64,000 nt of DNA, from positions 1,376,001 to 1,440,000 of the forward strand of contig OZ251997.1 of the NCBI GenBank assembly GCA_965247095.1, in the 5' to 3' direction. Of this stretch, positions 1 to 9,317 are shown piece by piece. Every line of letters starts with the position of its first letter. Within the stretch, counting starts at the first letter, position 1. The notes beneath the pieces were generated by a model that saw only the letters and a list, made by a program, of their open reading frames with translations, was not told the origin of the DNA and did not search any database. The DNA is from Candidatus Multivorans sp. GTDB lineage: Bacteria; Acidobacteriota; Thermoanaerobaculia; Multivoradales; Multivoraceae. A program made the position numbers and the translations under genes.

Positions 1-2
1 GC

Positions 3-761
3 CAGGGGGTGCGCGAAAGCGACCTCATTGACTTCACGCCCGAGCTGAACGCCAGGGCGATCGAGATCTACCGTGCGACCCTGCTCGGCGGGCCGCTGTT
101 CACGCCGCCGATCGTGGCCGGCAACAACGGCAAGGCGGCGATGGCGCAGTTGCCCGGTCAGGCCGGCGGCGCAAACTGGGGCGGCGCCGCCGTCGACCCG
201 GAAAGCGGCGTCCTGTTCGTGCCCTCGCAGACCCGGCTCGGCACGATGTCCCTGAACCCGCCGACCGGGCGCCAGCGCTCCGACCGCGACTACCTGCCGG
301 GATTCACGTTCCCCGCCGGGCCCGAGGGTCTGCCGCTGACCAAGCCGCCCTGGAGCCGGCTCACCGCGATCGACCTGAACCGCGGCGAGATCCTGTGGCA
401 GACGCCGCTCGGGGACGGTCCGCGCAATCATCCGGCCCTGGCCGACCTCGACCTCGGGCCGCTCGGCGCCTGGCCGCTCGGCGGCCTGACTCCCGGCTGG
501 CCGATGGCGACCGGGACCCTGGTGTTCGTCGTCACCAGCGAGCAGGAGCCCGGCAACTACGCGCGGCGTGGCCCTTCGATCGGTCTCCTCTACGCCTTCG
601 ACAAGGCGACCGGCGAGGAGATCTGGCGCACGAAGTTGCCCGACACCCCGGGCGGCGGCCCGATGACCTACGTCGTGGGCGGGCGCCAGTTCCTGGTCGT
701 GCCGGTCGGCGACCGCGGCCAGGAGCACTCCCTGGTCGCCTACGCCCTGCCGCAGGAGTAG
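3..761 (+). CDS. PQQ-dependent (quinoprotein) glucose/quinate dehydrogenase family, C-terminal part (5' partial)
   Basis: GGANWGGAAVDPESG, LPLTKPPWSRLTAIDLNRGEILWQ, YAFDKATGEEIW and PMTY..GGRQF are typical C-terminal motifs of membrane PQQ-GDH; the frame is open to the window edge. Confidence 0.85.
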   Translation, partial: QGVRESDLIDFTPELNARAIEIYRATLLGGPLFTPPIVAGNNGKAAMAQLPGQAGGANWGGAAVDPESGVLFVPSQTRLGTMSLNPPTGRQRSDRDYLPGFTFPAGPEGLPLTKPPWSRLTAIDLNRGEILWQTPLGDGPRNHPALADLDLGPLGAWPLGGLTPGWPMATGTLVFVVTSEQEPGNYARRGPSIGLLYAFDKATGEEIWRTKLPDTPGGGPMTYVVGGRQFLVVPVGDRGQEHSLVAYALPQE

Positions 762-771
762 AGCCGAACGA

Positions 772-1452
772 TCAGCGCCGCTTGGAAAGGCGCGCATCCG
801 GCGGATCGCTGATCCACTCGGCGCCCTGCTCCCATGCGTCGTCGAAGATCGTGTCGCGGATCGGCCGCCGGCGGAGTGGACCGTGCCGTCCCAGAGGCTT
901 GCCGATCGTGATCGTCAGCGACAGTTCTACGTTGTCCGGAACCTCCAGAATCTCGCGCAGTTCGTCCGCCACGGCGTGGTGCCAGCCGCTGTAGCAGGCG
1001 CCGTAACCCAGCGCCCGCGCCATCAGGAAGAGGTTCTGGCAGGCCGGAAAAACCGACGCCCCCTCCGAGTGGGTCAACCCCCGATAGCGGACGTAGCAGG
1101 CGATGATGACCGCCGGGATCCGCTCGAAGTGATCCACGTAGTGCTGGATCGCGCGGTTCGCCCGCGACTTGGGCGAGTCCGGGTCGGCGGCCGATCCCCG
1201 GTTCCAACCCTCCTGCTCCATCTTGTGCGCCCAGCCGTGACGAAACGACTCGCCCAGCAGGCGGCGCGCGCGCCGCGCTCTGGGTCCGTCACGCAGGACG
1301 ATGAAGCGGAAGGGCTGGCGGTTCGTGCCGGACGGCGCCCGGCTCGCCGCATAGAGAATGCGCGCCAGATCCTCGTCCGGGATCGGCTCGGGGCTGTAGC
1401 GCCGCACGGAGCGCGCGGTGGAGAGCAGTTCGAAGAAGTCGTCGGGGTCCAT
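772..1452 (-). CDS. Nitroreductase family protein
   Basis: RSVRRY...APSGTNRQPFRFIV and ASVFPACQNLFLMARALGYG motifs; ATG at 1452 preferred over the TTG start at 1488. Confidence 0.88.
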   Translation of the reverse strand: MDPDDFFELLSTARSVRRYSPEPIPDEDLARILYAASRAPSGTNRQPFRFIVLRDGPRARRARRLLGESFRHGWAHKMEQEGWNRGSAADPDSPKSRANRAIQHYVDHFERIPAVIIACYVRYRGLTHSEGASVFPACQNLFLMARALGYGACYSGWHHAVADELREILEVPDNVELSLTITIGKPLGRHGPLRRRPIRDTIFDDAWEQGAEWISDPPDARLSKRR

Positions 1453-1574
1453 GGGCCTACGATCCCCCACCCGCGAAGTCCGCGTCAAGCGATAGGATCA
1501 TTCCCATCCCTCCACTCTCTCCCAAGTGAAGCGCCGGCCCGTGGGGGCGGCCGCCGACCCAGAGGTACCAGACG

Positions 1575-2780
1575 ATGCAGAAACTCGCCCTTCGTGTTCT
1601 CCCCCTTGCCCTGGTCTTCGTCGCCACCGCGGCGGCAGCGCAGCGCAGCGAACTGACCCTGCAAGTAGCCGACATCGATGGCAACGAGCTGGGGCCTGTG
1701 AGCCTCGTCTTCACGTCGCCCGAAGGCGAAGTTCTGGCAGCGGCCACCAAGAAGAACGGCAAGCTCAAGATCCGGCTGAAGCCGGCGGATGCACCATACA
1801 AGCTGCTGCTGCGGATGGAGGGCTATCCGGACCAGGAGAGAGAGTTCAACATCAGCGAGGGCCGCGACGCTACCTTCACCGTCCGGCTCCTCGACGAAGC
1901 CACGATGATCAAGCAGGAGGCGGTCGACAACTTCAACGATGGGATCCGGGCGATCCAGGGAGGAGATGCCGAGAGTGCTCTGCTCCTGTTCGAGAAGGCG
2001 GTGGAACTCGATCCGACGATTGCCGCCGCATACCGAACGATCGCGGCCATCCTGCACGGCATGGGGAAACCCGCGGAAGCGCTGGCGCCACTGGACAAGT
2101 ACCTTGAGTTGGAGGAACTGCCGACGCAGTTCGTGGGCATGGCCTTCGACATCTTCCTGGCCGCCGGCGACCCCCGTGTCGAGGACGCGAAGCAGAAGGC
2201 GGTCGCCGCCGGCATGGGAATGGAGATCGCGGCCGGCGTCTTTTCGCAGGGCGTTGCGGCGATCCGGGCAGGCGACGAAGAGCGAGCCATCGAGTTGTTC
2301 GGCGAAGCGGCTTCGCTCAACCCCAAGCTCTACCAGGCCCACCGAAACATCGGCACGATCCACTTCAACAACCAGAACTGGGAGGGAGCCCTGGAGGCGC
2401 TGGGCAGCACCCTGGAGCTCGATCCACGGAACACCGAGGCGCTGCGCATGAGCTTCTTCAGCCACGCCCTGCAGGGCCACCTGGAGGACTCGATCGAGGC
2501 CGGCAAGGCCTGGATCGAGGCCAACCCGACCGCCGGGAACCAGGTTCTGCACCAGGCAAACCAGTTCTTCGAGAACAACGAGTTCGGCAACGCGAAGCTC
2601 TACTACCAGTCCCTGGTCGCCTGGGACGAGAACCAGCCGAAGGCCCACTTCCAACTCGGCATGCTCTACATCCGGAGCGCCGATTCGGCGGATGCGCGCC
2701 GGCACTTGGAGAAGTTCCTGGAGATGGCGCCCGATCACGAGGACGCCGAGTCGGCCCGCGAGGCGCTGCGGCAGTTGTAG
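1575..2780 (+). CDS. Secreted TPR protein with N-terminal carboxypeptidase-regulatory-like (beta-sandwich) domain
   Basis: Signal peptide ending AAAAQ; GAGG upstream; YKLLLRMEGY beta domain; several TPR helices (AVELDP, ASLNPK, LELDPRN, FLEMAPD). Confidence 0.8.
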   Translation: MQKLALRVLPLALVFVATAAAAQRSELTLQVADIDGNELGPVSLVFTSPEGEVLAAATKKNGKLKIRLKPADAPYKLLLRMEGYPDQEREFNISEGRDATFTVRLLDEATMIKQEAVDNFNDGIRAIQGGDAESALLLFEKAVELDPTIAAAYRTIAAILHGMGKPAEALAPLDKYLELEELPTQFVGMAFDIFLAAGDPRVEDAKQKAVAAGMGMEIAAGVFSQGVAAIRAGDEERAIELFGEAASLNPKLYQAHRNIGTIHFNNQNWEGALEALGSTLELDPRNTEALRMSFFSHALQGHLEDSIEAGKAWIEANPTAGNQVLHQANQFFENNEFGNAKLYYQSLVAWDENQPKAHFQLGMLYIRSADSADARRHLEKFLEMAPDHEDAESAREALRQL

Positions 2781-2803
2781 AGGTCTCCCCCGGTAGCGTT
2801 GCC

Positions 2804-2875
2804 GTTCCCAGGGGAAGGCGCCCGTTCCGTGGCAGCGCAAGCGCCCCCCAGGGATGCGGGCGTCTCATCTGCGTC
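2804..2875. repeat. Degenerate REP-like palindromic unit between convergent genes
   Basis: GTTCCCAGGGG (2804-2814) and GGGATGCGGGCGTCTCATCTGCGTC (2851-2875) resemble the GCGGGCGAGACGCCCGCGTTCCCAGG unit at 44064-44089. Confidence 0.45.
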
Positions 2876-2910
2876 GGGTCGGTTGCGGCCGATAGCTCGA
2901 TCGCTAGCAG

Positions 2911-3519
2911 CTAGTAGTGGTCGCCCTCGTTCTCTGGCCTGTTAGCCGTACCGGACCCTACGGTCTCCGGCACGCCCGCCTCGGCGCCGGACTGCGTCTC
3001 CGCCGCCCCGCCGCTGGTCGCCGCCTTGTCCGCGCTGCGGATCCACTGGATCTCGTCCAACGCAGCGAGTCTCTCCACGGCGGAGAGCGGGAGCCGCGCT
3101 CGGATGGCCCGGTACCGCGGCACGCTGGCGATCACCGTGCCGCCAAGGAACTTGATGCACTCCAGCACCGACGGCGTGACGTCGGCCCGGATGTCCACCT
3201 TCACCAACTCGTCAGAGCCCGGCTGGTCGCGAAGCGCCCGCCATGCGTCCAGGAGTCGCGAACCCACCTTTCGCTGGGCGAACGTCCGCTGCGCCTTGGC
3301 GGCCAGGATCTCCGCAATCTGCCGGTCGGCAGTTTCGGACGCCTCTCCATCGGTCCGCGCCGGCGGCTGTTGTGCGCAATCCCGCCCCTTGACCTCGGCG
3401 GCGAGTGGAGAAACCAGCAGGCCGGCCGTGACTACGACGATGAGCCACACCGCCCTGTGCCCGCCACGGACCGGACGCCGCCACGGTTGCTGCAGAACCC
3501 GACTCTCGACGATGTTCAT
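2911..3519 (-). CDS. Secreted stand-alone homologue of the subtilase propeptide (I9-like prodomain only)
   Basis: AGGAG RBS; hydrophobic signal segment; residues ~67-167 align with the prodomain of the adjacent 3610-8472 protease (LAAKAQRT.SQRKV, VDIRADV.P, LGGT.I.SVPRYR..RA.LP..AVERLA); no catalytic domain. Confidence 0.75.
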   Translation of the reverse strand: MNIVESRVLQQPWRRPVRGGHRAVWLIVVVTAGLLVSPLAAEVKGRDCAQQPPARTDGEASETADRQIAEILAAKAQRTFAQRKVGSRLLDAWRALRDQPGSDELVKVDIRADVTPSVLECIKFLGGTVIASVPRYRAIRARLPLSAVERLAALDEIQWIRSADKAATSGGAAETQSGAEAGVPETVGSGTANRPENEGDHY

Positions 3520-3609
3520 GTCCGTTCTCCTGGTCGGAGGATTCTATCGTCCCGCCCGGACCGGCTCTCCTTGTGGCGGGTGGCGCCGAACTCCGTCCCT
3601 GCCTGGCTA

Positions 3610-6600
3610 CTACTGTCCGCAGCCCTCCGGGAAAGCCCCTACGTCGGTGACCGCCGGCGCCGGATTGCCGACGCCCTTCGTGTAGGTGCGGCTCGCACCC
3701 GTCACCGTGTCCGTCACCACGAGTTCCAGCCCCACGTCCGTGGCGAAGGCCGCGAATACCCAGTGCCTCTCGTTGAACGCACAACCGTCCAACACTTTCA
3801 CCAGCATCTCCCAGTTCCGGGAATCGAAGAAGTAGAAGAGGCCTGAGTCCGCCGTCCCGACCGAGACCGGTCGCCCCATGCCTTCACGTCCATCCGCCGT
3901 GAACCACCTGACTGTCACTTCGTAGCGGTCGTCCTGCAGACACAACGCCGACCCGCCGAGGCAGCCGTGCGACGCCGGCTCGGCGCTCGAGCCGCCTGTG
4001 CTGCCGTCTCCCCCCGACCCGTCGGCTGCTGCCGGGGAGGTCGAAGCGCTTGCGCCGCCAGCACAGCCCTGCGGAAACGCCGTTACATCCGTGATCGCCG
4101 CGGCCGGCAGACCGGGATCGTTGTCGTACGTCCTGGTGCTGTTGGTCAACGTGTCCGTCACCGTGATCAAGTAACCCTGATCCGTGGTCGAGGCGCCGAA
4201 CACCCACACCTTGCCGTTGATCGAGCAACCGTCCAGCACCTTGATCAGCACCTCCCAGTTCTCGCGCTCGAAGAACCAGAACAACCCGGAGTCGTTCGTC
4301 CCCGCATGGGCCACTCTCGCGTTGCCGCTCTCACCGTCCTTGGTCCACCAGGACACCCGCACCGCGTAGCGGGAATCCTGCAGGCAGAGCGTCTCGGCAT
4401 CCGGGTCGCAGGTCCCCGCCGGATCGCTGGCCTCCACCAGCACCACTCGGGACGCCGTCGAAGAGGTCTCACCATCACTCACGGTCAGGGACACCGTGTA
4501 GAACCCCGGCGAGGTCCAGGCGTGATCGGGCCGTGCCGCACTCGACGTCGTGCCGTCTCCGAAGTCCCAGTGCCGCTCCACGACCGTTCCGGGACTCGTA
4601 TCCTCAAACGACACGGGTACCCCCGTCCGCCCGCTGCACAGATCGCCGGCACACTCCGCACTCAGCGTGAAGCGCGCCGTCGGGGCCACCGGCGGCGGGT
4701 CGGGGTCCGGCGGCGGGTCGGGGTCCGGCGGCGGGTCAGGATCCGGCAAGGTCGGACCCTCGCGAATCTGCCGTCCGAACTCCTGCCAGGTCGCCTGCCC
4801 ATCTCCGTCCAAGTCCGCCATCAAGGCCGGATACTGCGCCGCCGTCCCAAAGTCCCAGGAACCGTCCGGAGCTCCATCGCCGTTCAAGTCCAGCGAACTC
4901 CACGCCTGATAAATGCCGCTGTAGTTCGTTGGCGCCTGCAACTCCGCGGTCGTTCGACCTTGGCCAAAGGTCCCGGTCGTATGACCTGAGGTGCTCGTGT
5001 CCCAGTAACTCGCGGTGATGTCGCCTTTAGACACGTAACCGGCCAACCCGCCGACACGATCTCTGCCCGAAACCCGCGCCGCGGCGTAGCTGGCGATGAT
5101 GTCGCCGTGACCGCCTCCTTTCTCGTGTACGTTCCCCAACAAACCGCCGACTTCGTCTCTGCCCGACACGCTGCCCATGGCGTAACTGGCGATGATCCGG
5201 CCCCTGTATAGGTGCCCGAACAGCCCGCCGACACTGTCTCTGCCCGACACGCTGCCCGTGAAGTAGCTGCCGATGATCTCGCCGCCCGTTATCGCCGGAA
5301 GCGAAATTACGGCGCCCCCAACTAGTCCACCGACTCGGTCCTGCCCTGACACGATGCCCATGAAAAAGCTGTTGGTGATCTCGCCGGAATGAAACGCGAC
5401 CAGCCCACCGACAACGTTCTCACCCGACACATGGCCCGTCGCGTAGCTGGCAGTGATCCCGAAGGTCTTGGGAATGACCCATCCCGCAAGCCCGCCGACA
5501 AGGTGTCTGCCCGACACGCGGCCTGTGACGTAGCTGCCGCTGATCTCTCCGGCAGCAGCAAACCCGACGAGCCCGCCGACAAGATCCCTCCCAGTCACAT
5601 CAACGCCGATCAGGCCGACGTTCCGAATGACGGGTGCTGAACCAGGGCCCTTGCGGAAGTCGTAGTCCACGACCGCGAAAAGGCCCGTAGCCGTCTGCCA
5701 CTCGTCTTCACCGTCGTCGGGCATCTTCATGAACAGGTTGGCAATGGTATGTCCATTGCCCTCGAAGGTCGCCACGAACGTGTCCGCGCTCCCATAACCC
5801 CCGACCCAGTGCACCCCAACGCAATGAAGACACCGGTACCAAAGATGGCCCAGGCCGATGGGGTCCCAGCCGGCGCCGTCGTTCCAGTAGGCGTCGCCGG
5901 CATCGGCGGCGCCGTTCCCATTCGTGTCGAAGTCCAGGTCCGCCGTCAACTCGTAGCCCGTGCATCCGCCGGGGCACCCCATGCCCGCCGCCGCTTCGGA
6001 AAAGGCCTCTCCATACGTCCGCCAGTTCGCCGTCTCGTCCGTCATACCGTCGCCGCTCAAGTCGTAGCGCACGGCGTTGAGCTGAGCCAAGGTGGCGATA
6101 TCGATCAGACCGTCGTCGTCGGCGTCGTAGTCCACAGCGCCCACCGCGGTCCCAACCGCGATCGTATCCGTCACGCTCAAACCGCCCGGATCCGTGGCGC
6201 GAACCGACACCATGACAACACTCGGCACCACCGGTGTCAGCGTCAACATGGAGCCCGTCAAGGAAATCGGCAGCCGGTCCGGATCGCCCGACAGCGCCCA
6301 ATAGGTGAGCGCGTCGCCGTCCGGATCGGTGAACCCGCTTGTTATGTCGATCGTCACCGCGGCGCCACCCGGAGCCAGCGTCGGGACCGTGATCCTGTTC
6401 GCTACGGGCGCACCGTTGCGGATCGCCGCGGGGACCGCCACCGCATCCACGGCCGCCGGCGCCATCACGATGCCGGCGCCGGAATCGCGATCGACGCCAG
6501 GCGCCTCGATATCGAGAGCCGATCCCCACATCGCCGCGCGGAGGTCGGCCATCGTGAGATGGGCGGGTCCGCCGGCCGCCTCCAGCATCAACGCCGCGAT

Positions 6601-8472
6601 CGCGGCCGCGTGCGGCGCCGCCGCCGACGTTCCTGCGAACCGCTCGAATTCCGGCGTCGCGGTCGACACCCAATCCGCTGCGACGAGGTCCGGCTTCTGC
6701 AGCACTTTGCCACCGGTGGACGAGTAGTTCTCGGGCGTGATCGCCGTGCCGTCCGGACGGAAGAACATCCGCCGCGGGCCGTCCGAACTGAACGCCCTGA
6801 CCGACTCCGTGCCATCGAAGACACCGTCGGCGCCGCCGGCTGTCGTGAAACTCACTGCCCCCACGCCAATCGCGTTCTCCGCCGCGAAATGACCATGGGT
6901 CTGACCATCGGTCGCGATCTCCAACCTCCCTCTGAGAGTATTGAGGTGCAGATAGCGATCCGCTGCACCGACCGACTTGACGACAACGAGACGCGCGCCG
7001 GTGTAATCCTCCCACCACGACGGGATGACCTCGATCGGGTCCTGCGTGCCGTCCTGCGTGTTCGTCGAGCTCGCGATCACCTCGCCGGCCGCGTCGACCA
7101 GGAAGAGGTCGTAATCGTTGGCCGAGGCGCCCAGCGGGTCGGCCCACTGGAGGACCAACGCAAACGGAGAGTCGTTTGTGAGCCCGTTCCCGTCTTCGCT
7201 GCCGCCGAAGTCGTGGCCGGCGCCAAACGTCCCGCCATCCACCGTGAACGGTGTTCCCGCGACGTAGTCGCCTTCCCAGACTCCGCCTCTACCGTCGTTC
7301 AAGTTGCCCGAGTTGCCCGCCGCCGAGACGTGCACGCAGCCGGCGGCCCTTGCGGCGTTGACGCCCTGCGCCACGATGCCGTCCTGAAAGACAGCTTCCT
7401 CAACGTAGTAGATGTCGTCGACGATCACGTCGGCCCCCGCCGCGCAGAGGGCCTCGATGTTCGACGCGAATCGCGCCTGTCCATATCTCGCTGTGGCGAA
7501 GTAGAGCTCTGCCCCCGGCGCGAGGTCGTGGACGATCTCCAACATCGCCGCACCCTCGGAGCCACGCCCTTCCTGCCGCCACGGAACGGTCACTCGGCGC
7601 GGCAGATCTCCCGACTCTTGCGCCTGTTCGTGCGAGAAGATGCCGTCCGACATCACGCCGATCCCGATACCTGTACCGTCGACGCCGAACGTCTGGCGCG
7701 CTACGTCCGCCTGGTGGGCGTTGTCGCCCTCCGAGGTATTGACCTTGGCTGCCAGCGCCACGCCATCCGGTGGGTCCGCTCCGGCAATGGCGGGCATTCC
7801 GCGGCCGGCTCCACGGCCAGGAGTGACCGCCCTGTCGGCCGCCCGGATGAACTGCACCGCAGCCGACTCTGCCAACCGCTCCACAGCGGCGACCGGTAGC
7901 TGCGCCCGCACCTCGCGGTAGCGGGGCACGCTGGAGATCGTCGTACCGCCAAGGTCGTCGATCCGCGCCAGGAGCTCAGGCGCTACATCCGCCCGAATGT
8001 CCACCGTCACGTGCCCGTCCAGCGCGACCTGTTGGTCCACCGTCATCTGGCCGACCAACACGCCGTCCGGGTAGGACCCGCCAACCGTTGTCGAATACAC
8101 GGCACCGGCCGACGTCCAAGCGACGGCGCCGCCTCCGGGAGCGACGAGGCGCCCGGACGCTATGCGGGCGTCCGCGGGGCTTTCGGCGCCTCCAGTAGCT
8201 GCCCGGTCAACCTCTCGCTCCAACCGCGCCCGGTGGGCAACCGCCGCCTCGAGGAGCTGCGAGGCCACCTTCCGCTGCGAGGGCGTCCGCTGGGCCTTCG
8301 CCGCCAGCAGCGCTTCGATCGACCGCTTGACCGTCACCGCCGCGGCGTCGTCGGTCTGCGCATGCGCGGGGCCGACCAGGAACAGAAGCGCCGCCAACCA
8401 CAACCCACCCGTCCCGGCCGACGGACCAGCCGAGGACCGATGCCGCGATCCCTCTTTCGGAACTCCGCGCAT
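3610..8472 (-). CDS. Large secreted subtilase (S8/S53-like) with Ig/cadherin-like domain, GLUG repeats, PKD domain and two C-terminal repeats
   Basis: Signal peptide; GIGVMSDG, SEGAAMLEIVHD, SAAGNSG, GTSAAAPH; DPDGDALTY Ig-like motif; about 7 VGGLxG repeats; WDFGDG PKD; two KVLDGC..N...WVF domains. Confidence 0.88.
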   Translation of the reverse strand: MRGVPKEGSRHRSSAGPSAGTGGLWLAALLFLVGPAHAQTDDAAAVTVKRSIEALLAAKAQRTPSQRKVASQLLEAAVAHRARLEREVDRAATGGAESPADARIASGRLVAPGGGAVAWTSAGAVYSTTVGGSYPDGVLVGQMTVDQQVALDGHVTVDIRADVAPELLARIDDLGGTTISSVPRYREVRAQLPVAAVERLAESAAVQFIRAADRAVTPGRGAGRGMPAIAGADPPDGVALAAKVNTSEGDNAHQADVARQTFGVDGTGIGIGVMSDGIFSHEQAQESGDLPRRVTVPWRQEGRGSEGAAMLEIVHDLAPGAELYFATARYGQARFASNIEALCAAGADVIVDDIYYVEEAVFQDGIVAQGVNAARAAGCVHVSAAGNSGNLNDGRGGVWEGDYVAGTPFTVDGGTFGAGHDFGGSEDGNGLTNDSPFALVLQWADPLGASANDYDLFLVDAAGEVIASSTNTQDGTQDPIEVIPSWWEDYTGARLVVVKSVGAADRYLHLNTLRGRLEIATDGQTHGHFAAENAIGVGAVSFTTAGGADGVFDGTESVRAFSSDGPRRMFFRPDGTAITPENYSSTGGKVLQKPDLVAADWVSTATPEFERFAGTSAAAPHAAAIAALMLEAAGGPAHLTMADLRAAMWGSALDIEAPGVDRDSGAGIVMAPAAVDAVAVPAAIRNGAPVANRITVPTLAPGGAAVTIDITSGFTDPDGDALTYWALSGDPDRLPISLTGSMLTLTPVVPSVVMVSVRATDPGGLSVTDTIAVGTAVGAVDYDADDDGLIDIATLAQLNAVRYDLSGDGMTDETANWRTYGEAFSEAAAGMGCPGGCTGYELTADLDFDTNGNGAADAGDAYWNDGAGWDPIGLGHLWYRCLHCVGVHWVGGYGSADTFVATFEGNGHTIANLFMKMPDDGEDEWQTATGLFAVVDYDFRKGPGSAPVIRNVGLIGVDVTGRDLVGGLVGFAAAGEISGSYVTGRVSGRHLVGGLAGWVIPKTFGITASYATGHVSGENVVGGLVAFHSGEITNSFFMGIVSGQDRVGGLVGGAVISLPAITGGEIIGSYFTGSVSGRDSVGGLFGHLYRGRIIASYAMGSVSGRDEVGGLLGNVHEKGGGHGDIIASYAAARVSGRDRVGGLAGYVSKGDITASYWDTSTSGHTTGTFGQGRTTAELQAPTNYSGIYQAWSSLDLNGDGAPDGSWDFGTAAQYPALMADLDGDGQATWQEFGRQIREGPTLPDPDPPPDPDPPPDPDPPPVAPTARFTLSAECAGDLCSGRTGVPVSFEDTSPGTVVERHWDFGDGTTSSAARPDHAWTSPGFYTVSLTVSDGETSSTASRVVLVEASDPAGTCDPDAETLCLQDSRYAVRVSWWTKDGESGNARVAHAGTNDSGLFWFFERENWEVLIKVLDGCSINGKVWVFGASTTDQGYLITVTDTLTNSTRTYDNDPGLPAAAITDVTAFPQGCAGGASASTSPAAADGSGGDGSTGGSSAEPASHGCLGGSALCLQDDRYEVTVRWFTADGREGMGRPVSVGTADSGLFYFFDSRNWEMLVKVLDGCAFNERHWVFAAFATDVGLELVVTDTVTGASRTYTKGVGNPAPAVTDVGAFPEGCGQ
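4690..4746. repeat. Intragenic 18-bp tandem repeat encoding the (PDPDPP)3 linker
   Basis: CGGCGGCGGGTCGGGGTC repeated about three times, the third copy imperfect. Confidence 0.8.
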
Positions 8473-8566
8473 GGGGAGTATCCCAACGTTGTTGAGGAGT
8501 ATCCTATACGATCGAGCCGAACCGGCCCCCGCCGCGCACCACTCTTTCCGGCCAAACAGGCCGCGA

Positions 8567-9316
8567 CTAGCGGTTAGAAAACACCCGGAACAACTTCTTC
8601 AGCGGATCGTAGAACTCCGACACCACCCGTTCCTTGAGCGGAATGATCGCGTTGTCGGTGATCGTGATGTGCTCGGGGCAGACCTTGGTGCAGCACTTGG
8701 TGATGTTGCAGTAGCCGATGCCCTCGTCGTGCTTGAGCGCCGACAACCGGTTCCCGGTATCGAGCGGATGCATCTCGAGCGCGGCGTTGTAGACGAAGAA
8801 GCGTGGACCGACGAACTCGTCGTGCAGGTGGTGGTCCCGGAGCACGTGGCAGACGTCCTGGCACAGGAAGCACTCGATGCACTTGCGGAACTCCTGCACC
8901 CGCTCGACATCCTCCTGTGCGATCCGCCAGGTGCCGTCCTCGGCATCCGGCGGCCGCGGCTCGAACGGCGCGATCTTCTTCTTGACCTCGTAGTTCCAGG
9001 ACACATCGCAGACGAGGTCGCGGATGACCGGAAACGCCCGCATCGGTTCGACCGTGACCGGGCGGTCCGTCGGCAGGTCGCTCATCCGCGTCATGCACAT
9101 GAGCCGCGGCGTGCCGTTGACTTCCGCGGAACAGGATCCGCACTTGCCGGCCTTGCAGTTCCAGCGTACGGCGAGGTCGTTCGCCGAATCGGCCTGAATC
9201 TGATGGACCGCGTCGAGCACGACCATTCCCTCGGTGACCTCCGTCGTGTAGTCCCGGTAGCCGCCCTCGTCCTCGGCGCCGTCCTGGCGCCAGATCCTGA
9301 ACTGTGTCGCGGCCAT
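8567..9316 (-). CDS. sdhB: Succinate dehydrogenase/fumarate reductase iron-sulfur subunit
   Basis: CKAGKCGSC...C, CIECFLCQDVC and CNITKCCTKVCP cluster motifs. Confidence 0.95.
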   Translation of the reverse strand: MAATQFRIWRQDGAEDEGGYRDYTTEVTEGMVVLDAVHQIQADSANDLAVRWNCKAGKCGSCSAEVNGTPRLMCMTRMSDLPTDRPVTVEPMRAFPVIRDLVCDVSWNYEVKKKIAPFEPRPPDAEDGTWRIAQEDVERVQEFRKCIECFLCQDVCHVLRDHHLHDEFVGPRFFVYNAALEMHPLDTGNRLSALKHDEGIGYCNITKCCTKVCPEHITITDNAIIPLKERVVSEFYDPLKKLFRVFSNR

Positions 9317-9317
9317 C

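Noticed and set aside
5030-5600. Repeated CCCGACAC/CCCGCCGAC units as a possible CRISPR or DNA repeat array
   Set aside because: They are coding GLUG (VSG...VGGL.G) repeats within the protease; no constant repeat-spacer pattern and no cas genes.
5749-7899. Long antisense ORFs (also 9435-11177, 16855-19293, 25818-28199, 55435-57144)
   Set aside because: Shadow ORFs expected at high GC opposite well-supported genes; Arg/Pro-rich with no motifs.
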